This document shows positions 18,817-27,735 of a stretch of DNA of 64,000 bases, piece by piece (the stretch's first letter is position 1; every line of letters starts with the position of its first letter). This DNA is from a virus: the IMG/VR virus record IMGVR_UViG_3300036820_000012, positions 1 to 64,000 of that record; one strand, 5' to 3'. The notes beneath the pieces were generated by a model. It was not told where the DNA came from. It was given only the letters and a program-made list of their open reading frames with translations, and did not search any database. Made by a program: the position numbers and the translations under genes.

Positions 18817-19028
18817 GCGTCACCGCCCGCGACATCCTTCTCGACGCCGATACCTTCCGCCGGGCGTATCCGCACTGGCCGCACCCAGAGCCAGAGCCCG
18901 TCACCAGCGACTCGCGCTACGACTCCGTCCGGACCATGCTGCACAACCGCTACAACGGCGTCATCCCAGTCACTGACGAGATGGTCCTGGCAGTCCTGGA
19001 CGCGATAGACGAGGAGGCAGGGCAGTGA
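18813..19028 (+). CDS. hypothetical protein
   Basis: GTGA coupling. Confidence 0.65.
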   Translation: MSVTARDILLDADTFRRAYPHWPHPEPEPVTSDSRYDSVRTMLHNRYNGVIPVTDEMVLAVLDAIDEEAGQ

Positions 19029-19282
19029 CCGACCTACCGCGCGGCTCACTGAAAGCTGGAGCCGAAGCCATCGACGGCGACCGCAAGACCGCCGAGGCAG
19101 TCCTGCGCGCAGCAATGCCGCACATCGAACGGGACGTGCGCCGCCAGATGGCCCGGCAGATGAAGAACGGCGCCATCGGCCTGGACCTGTACGGCACCTA
19201 CTACGCGTGGCAGCGGTCACTGAGCCACGCTGCGCGGTCCGGGCTGCTGCCTGAGCCCGCAGATACGGAGGAGTCCCGATGA
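19025..19282 (+). CDS. hypothetical protein
   Basis: GTGA coupling. Confidence 0.65.
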   Translation: MTDLPRGSLKAGAEAIDGDRKTAEAVLRAAMPHIERDVRRQMARQMKNGAIGLDLYGTYYAWQRSLSHAARSGLLPEPADTEESR

Positions 19283-19584
19283 CCAGCCAGCCCACACCCG
19301 ACACCCTCGCCGCGCTGCTGCGCGAGACCTTCGCCGAGTACGACGGCGACCACATGGGCTTCCACGTCTACAAGGCAGTCCTTCGCCAGGTGATCATCGT
19401 GGAGATCCGCGGCGTCGACCTGCTGCCGTTCAATCCCGGCGAGGGGCCGAGGGCGGTCCTGGATGACTACGCGGCGGTGATCGCCGCTGCGGGCCATGAG
19501 GTGTGCAGCACGGGCTCGGTGCTCATGGTGTCGCCCACCCCTCCCACCTCCCCACCTGACCCAGCGCTGAGGAGCGAGCAATGA
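19279..19584 (+). CDS. hypothetical protein
   Basis: ATGA coupling. Confidence 0.65.
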   Translation: MTSQPTPDTLAALLRETFAEYDGDHMGFHVYKAVLRQVIIVEIRGVDLLPFNPGEGPRAVLDDYAAVIAAAGHEVCSTGSVLMVSPTPPTSPPDPALRSEQ

Positions 19585-19985
19585 CCGAGACCACGACTAC
19601 GGAGCGAGCGTTTGACCGCCGCTGCCTTTGCCGCAAGCCCATCAGGAAACTGGCCCCCGAGAACCCCGAAGGCAACGCGTGGGAGGACGAGAAGGGCGAC
19701 CTCTGGCACGAAGGCGGTGCGCTGCACGCACCAGACCCGGCATGGAAGCCACCTGAGACCGCGCCCTTCGTTTACGGCGTCGTCTTCTGCGGCGCCGACT
19801 GGGTCAGCGACTACTTCGGCGGCTGCCACGCGCACTCCCGCTACCGGGTGGAGCGCCCCGGCGACGGCTACGAGCCAGCCGAAGCGTGCCCAGCCCATCT
19901 CGCTGACATGATCGCCTACCTCGTGGACGGCGATGACGTGGCGGCCACGGTGCACGTCCGGTGGGACGAGGAGGACTCCCCGTGA
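19581..19985 (+). CDS. Cys/His hypothetical protein
   Basis: ATGA coupling; paralogous C-terminus. Confidence 0.7.
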   Translation: MTETTTTERAFDRRCLCRKPIRKLAPENPEGNAWEDEKGDLWHEGGALHAPDPAWKPPETAPFVYGVVFCGADWVSDYFGGCHAHSRYRVERPGDGYEPAEACPAHLADMIAYLVDGDDVAATVHVRWDEEDSP

Positions 19986-20344
19986 CCACCGCCACCCTCC
20001 CGCTCCAGCCGGGCTGCATCCGTCTCATGCTCATCTGGGACGTGGCAGGCATCAGGATCATCAACGCGGACGTCTTCACCGACGCCGCCGAGGCAGCCCA
20101 GGCCCGCGCGAACCTGCGGGCCGGCCTGGATAGCGAGTTCCGCGACTATCCCGTCTCGCTGCCGGGGTTCATCTCGGCCGCATCCCTCCGTGAGCATCTG
20201 GAACGGCAGGCAGGCATCGAGCACGAACTCGGCGACGACTACTCCGAGCGCGACATGAACGACGCGTACGAGCACTGGGGCGCTGCCCGCGGGTTCCGGG
20301 AAGCCGTCAAGCACATCGATCACGAACTGGAGACATCCCGATGA
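19982..20344 (+). CDS. hypothetical protein
   Basis: GTGA coupling. Confidence 0.65.
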   Translation: MTTATLPLQPGCIRLMLIWDVAGIRIINADVFTDAAEAAQARANLRAGLDSEFRDYPVSLPGFISAASLREHLERQAGIEHELGDDYSERDMNDAYEHWGAARGFREAVKHIDHELETSR

Positions 20345-20634
20345 CCACCCGCCAGCCACCCCCTGACCGTGACGCCCCCGAGGGCTACCACCTGGTCGCC
20401 GTCCCCGAGGCCATAGGGCACTGGAGGGTGGCCGACGGGAAGCCGTGCCGCTATGCCCGGCAGGGTCACATCCGGTGCGGCCAGCCGTCTGTCGCCGAGA
20501 TCCAGCGCGGAACCGTGCGGCGCCAGTGGTGGGCCTACTGCGAAACCCACGCCTACAGCCGCTGGGTCGAGAACGGGCGCGTCTGGGTCTGGATCCTGCG
20601 GGCCGACGATGACGAACTGGAGACGGCCCGATGA
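20341..20634 (+). CDS. small Zn-finger-like protein flanked by 33-bp direct repeats
   Basis: C...C...YCxxH. Confidence 0.7.
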   Translation: MTTRQPPPDRDAPEGYHLVAVPEAIGHWRVADGKPCRYARQGHIRCGQPSVAEIQRGTVRRQWWAYCETHAYSRWVENGRVWVWILRADDDELETAR

Positions 20635-20843
20635 CCACCGAAGCTCTGGACTGGCCAGCCGCACGCAAGGCCATCGACACCGCCATAGAACGCGCCCGGA
20701 TCGAGATCGGGCGCACGGTCGAGGGTGCGCTGTACGAGCTCGGTGACGTCGGGAAGCGCATCGAGGCCACCATCCTGAGCCAGGTGCAGGACTCCCTGGA
20801 CGACATAGACCAGACCGTGCCACCGGAGGAAGACGATGGCTGA
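20631..20843 (+). CDS. hypothetical protein
   Basis: ATGA coupling. Confidence 0.65.
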   Translation: MTTEALDWPAARKAIDTAIERARIEIGRTVEGALYELGDVGKRIEATILSQVQDSLDDIDQTVPPEEDDG

Positions 20844-21084
20844 CGAGCGCCCCCCCAACATCCACCTCGGCGCCGAGGCGACCGGCATCAAGGTCGGCCA
20901 CGCCTGGACCGATGAGTGGGGTACCACCCACGGCTCGCTGGACTTCGCCGCCTACAGCGACATCGTGTTCCACGACCCGCACCAGCCGCGCCACGTTGCT
21001 GCACTGCTGGAGGAACTCGCCGCAGCGATGGAGGCCGAGGCCGCAAGAGCGGAAGCAGAGAAGGAGGAACCCGATGGCGACTGA
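20836..21084 (+). CDS. hypothetical protein
   Basis: GGAGG RBS. Confidence 0.65.
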   Translation: MADERPPNIHLGAEATGIKVGHAWTDEWGTTHGSLDFAAYSDIVFHDPHQPRHVAALLEELAAAMEAEAARAEAEKEEPDGD

Positions 21085-21571
21085 GACTGACCCCGTAACC
21101 GCCGAACTGGCCAAGATCTGCGCGATCACGGACGCGGCGACGCAAGGCCCGTGGGAGCACCTGCTTGACAACGAGGTCACCTACGGCTATCGGCGCGAAG
21201 GCTCCAAGCACATCGCTACCTGGATCGCCACAGCCGGCGAAGGTGACGAGGACATCAGCGAGGAGGAGGACGACGCCAACGCCGACTTCATTGCTGCTGC
21301 CCGGTCCTACGTCCCCGTTCTCCTCGCTGCGGTTGAAGCGGTGCTGGCGCTCCACCAGCCGGGGCCCTTCGTGCTGCTCGGCGCCCTGTGCAAGGACCAT
21401 GCGGTGTGCCGCGACTTCTCGATTACCAGCAATGAGGCAGATCGCGTCAGGGCCTGCCCGGACTGCTCGGCGACCGTCAGGGTCTCCTGCACCTGCGGCT
21501 ACCCGGATATCGAACGCTGCCCGCACCGTGAGGCCATCACCGCCAAACTGCTCAGCGAGGAGGGGGAGTGA
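21074..21571 (+). CDS. Ead/Ea22-like protein with C-terminal Cys cluster
   Basis: AAT.GPW...ANA.FIAAAR..VP.LL motif. Confidence 0.7.
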   Translation: MATETDPVTAELAKICAITDAATQGPWEHLLDNEVTYGYRREGSKHIATWIATAGEGDEDISEEEDDANADFIAAARSYVPVLLAAVEAVLALHQPGPFVLLGALCKDHAVCRDFSITSNEADRVRACPDCSATVRVSCTCGYPDIERCPHREAITAKLLSEEGE

Positions 21572-21924
21572 ACAAGGAAGCGCTGGACTGGCTCGGCGAG
21601 GTCGTCCCCGTCTTCCGGGAGGCACCGGCCGCCAACTATCCGCTGGCCGCCATCGGCGGATGGTCGCACGCCAATACCACTGTCCGCGAGGTTGCCGCCG
21701 AACCGGAGTTCTGGGAGTACGCGGACCTGCCGCGAGCCGAACTGGAGGCGCGCATCGCGGCAGCCGACGGCATCGAGCCCGCCCACGCGCTCTACGGCTG
21801 CACGTTCCTGTCTGGCGAGGTTCTTCTCGTTGACGGCTGCCACCGCTGGGCTGCCGCCGCAGCCCTCGGCTTCACGATCGCGCCGGTAGAGATGGCGTTC
21901 GAGCTGGTGAAGACCGATGACTGA
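21568..21924 (+). CDS. ParB/Srx-like domain protein
   Basis: LLVDGCHRW.AA..LG resembles the ParB IDGxHR motif. Confidence 0.55.
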   Translation: MNKEALDWLGEVVPVFREAPAANYPLAAIGGWSHANTTVREVAAEPEFWEYADLPRAELEARIAAADGIEPAHALYGCTFLSGEVLLVDGCHRWAAAAALGFTIAPVEMAFELVKTDD

Positions 21925-22156
21925 CACCGCCTTCGTCACCGCCTTCCTCGAGGACGTCCGCGCCCAGGCACAGCAGGGCATGGTTCCCGCTGACGACGCG
22001 CTCAGGCTGCTGGCCATCGCCCAGGGCGTGCTGGACCTCGCCGACGGCTGGGAGGACAAAGCCACCACGCAGTACGCAGCTGTCCGGCAGTGCGCGGACG
22101 AGCTAAGGCGGCGGGTGGAACGGGAACTGCTCGGCGAGGGGGAGAGCGATGCCTGA
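21917..22156 (+). CDS. hypothetical protein
   Basis: Coupled ORF. Confidence 0.6.
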   Translation: MTDTAFVTAFLEDVRAQAQQGMVPADDALRLLAIAQGVLDLADGWEDKATTQYAAVRQCADELRRRVERELLGEGESDA

Positions 22157-22694
22157 CCCCGGAGAGCGCGTGGCCGAGACGAGCGGCCACCAGCATCGTT
22201 GGACTAGGCGCAGCTGGAAGGCGCAGCGCAGGTTCTGCGTCTGCGGCGAATGGGAGCCGGAGCCCGAGACGCCACTCCGCCCCCCACCCGAGCCGTGGAT
22301 GACGCCCGAGGAAATGCTCCGCGAGTTCCACGAGACGGCCGGCCTCAGGCTGCCGGATCACCCGACGTTCGACATCGGCGCCGAGTTCGTCTCCGACGAG
22401 GTGCGGCAGAAAATGCTGGACTCCGAGGTGCAGGAACTCCGCGATGCCGTGGCGGCCGGGAACCTCACCGAAATAGCCGACGCGCTGGCCGACATCGTCT
22501 ATGTCGCGGTCGGAACAGCGGTGACCTACGGCATCCCGTTCGACGCGGTTTTTACTGAGGTCCACCGCAGCAATATGACCAAGTTCCTGCCGGGCGGCCC
22601 CGTGATCAACGAGGACGGGAAGATCGTCAAAGGGACTGGCTACAAGCCGCCGCGCATCGCCGAACTACTCGGCAAGGAGACGGACCATGCCTGA
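22149..22694 (+). CDS. MazG-like nucleotide pyrophosphohydrolase
   Basis: REFH, E..EL...EIADALAD..YV, EVHRSNMTK, DGK..K...Y.PP. Confidence 0.9.
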   Translation: MPDPGERVAETSGHQHRWTRRSWKAQRRFCVCGEWEPEPETPLRPPPEPWMTPEEMLREFHETAGLRLPDHPTFDIGAEFVSDEVRQKMLDSEVQELRDAVAAGNLTEIADALADIVYVAVGTAVTYGIPFDAVFTEVHRSNMTKFLPGGPVINEDGKIVKGTGYKPPRIAELLGKETDHA

Positions 22695-23016
22695 CTACCC
22701 AGACGAGGCCGTCCAGCGCGCCGCCGAGGTGATGCTGCGCCAGTACGAGAGCCAGTACGACGCGGCCCATCTCACCTGGCAGGACTTCGCCGATGACGCC
22801 AAGGCAATCCTGGACGCCGCCGCACCTTCCCTCGCTGAGCCTTATGAGGATCTGCTCGGCAGCATCCACCTCTACATCCCCTGGCGCTTCGTCACGCTGC
22901 ACCTCACGACGGAGCAGAAGGAACTGTGGGCCGACGCGGTTGAGGCATGGTCAGCACGGCTGAACGCGGGCACCGAGGAGACGGCGACGGTCGACCGGTG
23001 GTGGCGTGATGCCTGA
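22687..23016 (+). CDS. hypothetical protein
   Basis: AAGGAG RBS. Confidence 0.65.
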   Translation: MPDYPDEAVQRAAEVMLRQYESQYDAAHLTWQDFADDAKAILDAAAPSLAEPYEDLLGSIHLYIPWRFVTLHLTTEQKELWADAVEAWSARLNAGTEETATVDRWWRDA

Positions 23017-23332
23017 CCTGTCCCTCCTCCTCGGTGCCGCTGTCTTCGCCGCAGGCATGCTCACGGGACGGCTGTGGCCAGCGCGGCGCAAGCACCCGAA
23101 GCCGCCGAAGGCCGTGAAGCCCACCTGCGGCTGTAAGCACGACCTGGCACACCACGAGCCAGACGGCAATGGCGGGGGAACCGTCTGCCACGGCACGCGC
23201 TCCGTGCCCATCGGGTGGAACATCTACGGTGAGGAGCGGCAGTGGCGCGAGGAGCCATGCACCTGCAGGCAGTACACAGGAGCAAGGATCATCGACCCTG
23301 GCTACGTGGCCAGGGAACTGACGGAGGGTTAG
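23006..23332 (+). CDS. membrane-anchored Cys-rich protein
   Basis: TM helix then CGC.H...H, C.C..Y.G; similar layout to 1487-1795. Confidence 0.7.
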   Translation: MMPDLSLLLGAAVFAAGMLTGRLWPARRKHPKPPKAVKPTCGCKHDLAHHEPDGNGGGTVCHGTRSVPIGWNIYGEERQWREEPCTCRQYTGARIIDPGYVARELTEG

Positions 23333-23342
23333 CCTGAGTCCC

Positions 23343-23594
23343 GTGACCGACGACACCGCCTACCTCCAGGCAATCCTTGACAGGGGAGGCTGGCCGCCGC
23401 CAGGCGTGTATCAGATCAGCGCTCCGCTGACTCTGACAGGTGGCGGCGGCGGGTGGACTTCCGGTATCGCGGGCGCTAACGGAGGCTCAGGCGCCCCGAG
23501 CACCACGGCTGCCGTTCTCGCTGAGATTGACGCGGTCCTTGAAGACTGGGAAGACGACGAGGACGCCGCGCGGTGGCGGCCGGATGGCGAGTGA
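23343..23594 (+). CDS. small protein with beta-helix-cap-like N-terminus
   Basis: DDTAYLQAILD...PPGVYQIS.PL. Confidence 0.5.
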   Translation: MTDDTAYLQAILDRGGWPPPGVYQISAPLTLTGGGGGWTSGIAGANGGSGAPSTTAAVLAEIDAVLEDWEDDEDAARWRPDGE

Positions 23595-23838
23595 CGGCCC
23601 GGTCATCCTCACCGCGTTCTGTCCGCCCGTCTGTGAGCACGGCCACGTCCTGCGTTACGGGGGCCGCAAGGACGCCAGGTTCCTGCCGAACAGAGTCACA
23701 GTCTCGTTCGCTACCTGCGACTGCCCGGCAGCCAGAGCGAAACCCGGTGCGTCAGGGCACATCGCCGTGCTCTGCCGCCGTTGCGAAGACGCAGGAGTTG
23801 AGACCTTGTTCTACGACCCTCCCCACGTTCCCGGTTAG
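23584..23838 (+). CDS. small Zn-binding protein
   Basis: CxxGH, CxC, GH....CxxC. Confidence 0.65.
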   Translation: MASDGPVILTAFCPPVCEHGHVLRYGGRKDARFLPNRVTVSFATCDCPAARAKPGASGHIAVLCRRCEDAGVETLFYDPPHVPG

Positions 23839-25250
23839 GGCGCGGGAGGGGCAGACCCCCAAAGTGCGTGGACCTCGGCCAGATAGTCGTCCGGGCTCAT
23901 ATGGTCAGGCTGGGCGAGGCCCCTGCGAACCAGCGCGCCGCTGATTGCCCGTGCCTCGATGACTCCGCGCCCTGACCAGTTGTAGTAGTCCGGGAGTGCG
24001 ACGGCAGGCAACGTCTGCGCTGAGCGGTCGGCGGCCCGCCGGACCCCTACGCCAGCCGAATGCGGGCCGAGGCGCTCAACCAGCGCCTGGAGCACGCGGC
24101 CCGTAGTGCCCGCTGGCAGGCTGAGGCTGAGATCTAGGTCGCGGGCGACATCATTGCCGAAGGCCGAATCGAGCGCGCCCGGGTCCAGTTGCACGAGCAG
24201 ATCGGCCATGGGCCGCGTCAGCATGTGGTCTCTGGCAGCATCGCTCAGGACGCCCCCGACATTGGACCGGATGGCCGGTGCCGGGATCACGTCCGAATAC
24301 GCGGCCGAAACTGCGCCGAGCAGGTAACCCGGGCCCTCTTCCCACGGTTTGCGGCCTACCGACAGCTTCGCCAGCATCCCATCACCACGGCCAGCCAGGA
24401 AGCCGAGCGCCTCTCTGACCGCAGCATCTTGGCCGGCCCACCTGGTGAAGGATGCGTCATCCATTGGCAGCCCTGCGAGTTCCGCCAGGTGTCGCCATGG
24501 GTCCACCGCCACCATGTACCAGACGATCAGCGCCAGGAACTGGGAGGCGTCCTCGCGCCTGCCGCATGGCGTTTCTGACGCACGAGAGAAGTTGCGCTGC
24601 ATCCGCGGGCCGAAGAAATCGTCGCTCATCCCGCGGACTTGCCCCCACGTCCGGCGCGTCTCGCGCCACAGGTACTCCGCCGCGCCGTCCTGCTCGCTGC
24701 TCAGGGCGCGCCAGAGTTCGTGCTTCCCGGCAGTCCTGGTCAGCGACCTCATGTACTCGTGGTGGCGTGGGCCCACTTTCGACATGAAGCGCCACGACAC
24801 GTCCGGGATCGTGATCTCGGGCAGGTCGCCGGGCGGCACCGGGCCGCCCAGGACGGACATGGCGAGGTCGGCTAGTTCTGCCCAGCCCGCTCGCTCAGAT
24901 GCTTTGCGTTCCGCGTCGTGGCGCTCGTACAGCAGCTCGCGCCCGAGTGCTGTCGCTTGTTCATTCAGGAGCGTGCCGCCCGCGGCGACGATGCGCGTGA
25001 TCTCTTCGCTCTCGGCTACGAGAAGATCCCCTGCCGGTACGTCCTCCCGGATTGGGACCATCAGGGGCCTAAGCCCGGCGTTCCGCAATTCGGCTATCCA
25101 GGAGCGCACTCGCCGCGCATAGCTACCGCGCAGGCGCTCCGGGAGAGTCTTGGTGGTCTGGCCGATGTACTTCAACTGGTCGTCGCGCGGGTCAACGAGT
25201 CCGTAGACGGTGCCCGTGGCGGGGGGTGCCGCAGTTGTCGTCGCCATCAT
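23835..25250 (-). CDS. GIY-YIG nuclease domain fused to large unknown domain
   Basis: VYGLVDPR...KYIGQT...RL, E...I, LLN. Confidence 0.8.
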   Translation of the reverse strand: MMATTTAAPPATGTVYGLVDPRDDQLKYIGQTTKTLPERLRGSYARRVRSWIAELRNAGLRPLMVPIREDVPAGDLLVAESEEITRIVAAGGTLLNEQATALGRELLYERHDAERKASERAGWAELADLAMSVLGGPVPPGDLPEITIPDVSWRFMSKVGPRHHEYMRSLTRTAGKHELWRALSSEQDGAAEYLWRETRRTWGQVRGMSDDFFGPRMQRNFSRASETPCGRREDASQFLALIVWYMVAVDPWRHLAELAGLPMDDASFTRWAGQDAAVREALGFLAGRGDGMLAKLSVGRKPWEEGPGYLLGAVSAAYSDVIPAPAIRSNVGGVLSDAARDHMLTRPMADLLVQLDPGALDSAFGNDVARDLDLSLSLPAGTTGRVLQALVERLGPHSAGVGVRRAADRSAQTLPAVALPDYYNWSGRGVIEARAISGALVRRGLAQPDHMSPDDYLAEVHALWGSAPPAP

Positions 25251-25900
25251 GCGTCCACGTGCGGCAGGTCGACGGCTTGCAGCGCCGCGATGGCCTCACG
25301 GTTGGTGAGGTGTGACAGATAGCGGTGGGTCACGGCGATGGATGAGTGGCCCAGCAACTTTGAAATCTGGGTCACCGGCACGCCTGCCGTCTCAAGCTCA
25401 GCCGCATAGGTGTGCCGCAGACCGTGGGGCGTCACCCGCTTTTCCACCCCCGCCTCTGCAGCGAGGCGGTGAAGCATCAGCCGCACATACTGGGCCCGTA
25501 GCGGGGAACCCCTGAGGGTGCAGAACAGCGGGCCCCGGATGCCCATGGCCTTCCGGGTGTCGATCCACCTTGCCACCGCGTCCGTGGCGCTCAGGTGGAA
25601 ACCGCGAGTCGTGGCCACGTCGCCCTTGCCGTGAAGCACGCGGATGCTGTGCTCGCTCAGGCTGACGTCAGACACCTTGAGCGGGGGTATGTCCCGCCGG
25701 TCATCCCCGACCGCCTCCGCGACCCGCAGCCCGGAGCGGTACAGCAGCATCAGGAGCGCGCGATTGCGGATACCTGTCGGTGCTGCGGCTGAGCAGCCCG
25801 CGATTATGGCCTGGACTTCATCGGTCGTCAGGACCTGGGGTGGGTACTTCTCACCCTTGTTGGCAGGCTCCTGGCCCTTCACCGAGCCAAACTGCACCAT
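25247..25900 (-). CDS. tyrosine recombinase, catalytic-domain-only (FimB/FimE-like size)
   Basis: RNRALL.LLY.SGLR..E, GKG, HGLRH, LGH, Y; GGAGG RBS. Confidence 0.92.
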   Translation of the reverse strand: MVQFGSVKGQEPANKGEKYPPQVLTTDEVQAIIAGCSAAAPTGIRNRALLMLLYRSGLRVAEAVGDDRRDIPPLKVSDVSLSEHSIRVLHGKGDVATTRGFHLSATDAVARWIDTRKAMGIRGPLFCTLRGSPLRAQYVRLMLHRLAAEAGVEKRVTPHGLRHTYAAELETAGVPVTQISKLLGHSSIAVTHRYLSHLTNREAIAALQAVDLPHVDA

Positions 25901-25936
25901 GCGGGTCCTCCCGGCCGGTTTAGAAGTGCTACTGCA

Positions 25937-26009
25937 CAGAAGCACTATCATTTCAGCCTGGAATCCAGCCCTCCACATGCCACGCCGCAGAAGCGCAACT
26001 ATTTCGGCC
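25937..26009. repeat. two imperfect direct repeats CAGAAGC-N6-ATTTCRGCC, possible recombinase site
   Basis: 25937-25958 and 25988-26009, upstream of tyrosine recombinase. Confidence 0.55.
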
Positions 26010-27401
26010 CTACTCGCGCGGCTCTACCTTCACCGAATCGCGGTCAAAGCCAGGCCCGCGCCGAGCCGGCAAGATCGTGATGCGGAAGCTTGCCGCCACC
26101 AGCCCCCGCCGTGTAGCCAGCGGAAGCGCCTCCCACTCCTCCAGCGTGATCCCCTCGTACTGGGCCAGCAGCCGCCGTCCCGGTGTAGCTGCGATCCGCT
26201 CCCGCACCGCGGCGATGCGCTCGTCAAACGAGGCGATGGCCCGCACCGTCACTGCCGGGTCCAGCCCCGGATGGTCGGCCAGTGCCTCCAGCGACTTCTG
26301 AGCCGCAGCCTTCCGCTTCTCAAGGACGGTGATCTCTGACGCTGCTGCAGGCTCCGGGGCCTTGCGGACGAGCGCGGCCAGCTGGTCCGAGGACAGCCAC
26401 TCCAGCATCCGTCCCACGATGTAGGCGTCGAGGTGGGCCACCGACCGGTGCAACTGTCGCTTGCACGCCGGGTTCACGCAGCCGTAGCCCAGGCGCAGGA
26501 TGCCGGCCCGCCTGGTCTGGCGCGGGCCGGCTGGCTTGCCGCAGCTGCCGCACAGCGCGATACCTGAGAGCAGGTGCCGACGCTGGCCGGAGGCGTTCGC
26601 GTACCCGGCGGCCCGCCCGGCGAGCATGGCGCACGCCAGTTCCCAGTCGTCGCGCTCCAGCACCGGCTCCCACGCCGCTTTCTGCTCTCCGTCCGGCATC
26701 AGCCCGGCGTAGCGCGGGTTCGTCACCACACGGCGGATCCCGGCATGCGTCCACGCCTTGCCGGTGACGGTCGTCTCGCCGCGGCTGTTGAGGCTGGCGG
26801 CGATGATCCGTGTGCCTTCCCCGGCCAGCACGCGGCGGGCCATCTCCCGGATGAGCGCAGTTTCGGCCGGGACGTGGGTGACGCCGTCGCTGGTGAAGCC
26901 GTAGAACCGGCCGCCGGGGCCGCCGGGGCGCACGAGGCCCTCGCGCCGCATCCGGTCGTACTGGGTTTTCTTGCGCCGGGAGATGGTGTCGGACTCGTTG
27001 CAGGCGCGGGCGACTTCCCAGCGCATCATCATCCGGTGGTCGGGGTTGTCGAAGTCGTACTGCCCGGCGATGGAGGCCACGGTGATGTGCCGGCCGTCGC
27101 GCAGGTCGAGCAGGTCTTCGAGGTCGCGGGGCTGGCGGACGATCCGGTCGCCCCAGTAGCTGACGATCGCGGCTGCCTTGCCTGCGGCGACGTCGGCGAG
27201 CATCTGGTCCCAGGCGGGGCGCTTGCGGTTGCGTTTCCAGGCAGATTTTGAGTGGTCGGTGTAAACGCCGGCGATCTCCCAGCCGCGCTGCCGGCACAGT
27301 TCCCGGCACTGGCGTTCCTGGTCGTCGGTTTTCGTGGTGTCCTCAAGGGCGGCAAGGCTGATCCTGCAGTAGATTGCAGCGCGCAGGCGTGGCTTAGGCA
27401 C
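26010..27401 (-). CDS. int: large serine recombinase (phage integrase)
   Basis: AIYCRIS catalytic Ser, RP....ML, DR..R, recombinase domain, LLSG...CGSCG Zn ribbon, coiled coil. Confidence 0.95.
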   Translation of the reverse strand: MPKPRLRAAIYCRISLAALEDTTKTDDQERQCRELCRQRGWEIAGVYTDHSKSAWKRNRKRPAWDQMLADVAAGKAAAIVSYWGDRIVRQPRDLEDLLDLRDGRHITVASIAGQYDFDNPDHRMMMRWEVARACNESDTISRRKKTQYDRMRREGLVRPGGPGGRFYGFTSDGVTHVPAETALIREMARRVLAGEGTRIIAASLNSRGETTVTGKAWTHAGIRRVVTNPRYAGLMPDGEQKAAWEPVLERDDWELACAMLAGRAAGYANASGQRRHLLSGIALCGSCGKPAGPRQTRRAGILRLGYGCVNPACKRQLHRSVAHLDAYIVGRMLEWLSSDQLAALVRKAPEPAAASEITVLEKRKAAAQKSLEALADHPGLDPAVTVRAIASFDERIAAVRERIAATPGRRLLAQYEGITLEEWEALPLATRRGLVAASFRITILPARRGPGFDRDSVKVEPRE

Positions 27402-27410
27402 CGCCCGATA

Positions 27411-27462
27411 TTACCGCTACCTGGGGACAATGAACAATTTCACTGTATAAGTCTGGCGGTAA
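27411..27462. other. putative attP of the serine integrase
   Basis: 52-bp imperfect inverted repeat (TTACCGCTA/TGGCGGTAA; ACAATGAA/TTCACTGT) centred on AA at 27436-27437; AT-rich; abuts int start. Confidence 0.75.
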
Positions 27463-27499
27463 CCTGAACGGGCTCGCTGGACGTCCTACAGGAGCACGG

Positions 27500-27540
27500 A
27501 ACCGTCCCCGTGGTACGTGGCCGCGCGCAGGCCGAGGGCG
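27500..27540 (+). promoter_or_regulatory. structured leader motif, copy 1
   Basis: AACCGYCC-SCGTGGYACGT-GGCC-loop-GGCC-GA-GGGCG, repeated at 28486. Confidence 0.55.
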
Positions 27541-27575
27541 ACGGCGTGACAGGAGTTCGATGAAGGGGGAACTGC

Positions 27576-27701
27576 ATGGCCGCCATCGGTGAGCCCGTCA
27601 AGACCTACGAGATACCGGATCCAGAGGAAGTCCCCGATGAGATTCCGCAGGAGGAGCCAGCCGAGCCCGTCCGCGAGCCCGGCGCCCCCGTCCCAGCGTG
27701 A
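27576..27701 (+). CDS. 41-aa acidic Pro/Glu-rich peptide (not in ORF track)
   Basis: GAAGGGGG RBS; MAAIGEPVKTYEIPDPEEVPDEIPQEEPAEPVREPGAPVPA. Confidence 0.7.
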   Translation: MAAIGEPVKTYEIPDPEEVPDEIPQEEPAEPVREPGAPVPA

Positions 27702-27735
27702 GCCACCGGACCCGGAGAAGGAAGCAGCGGGGGAG

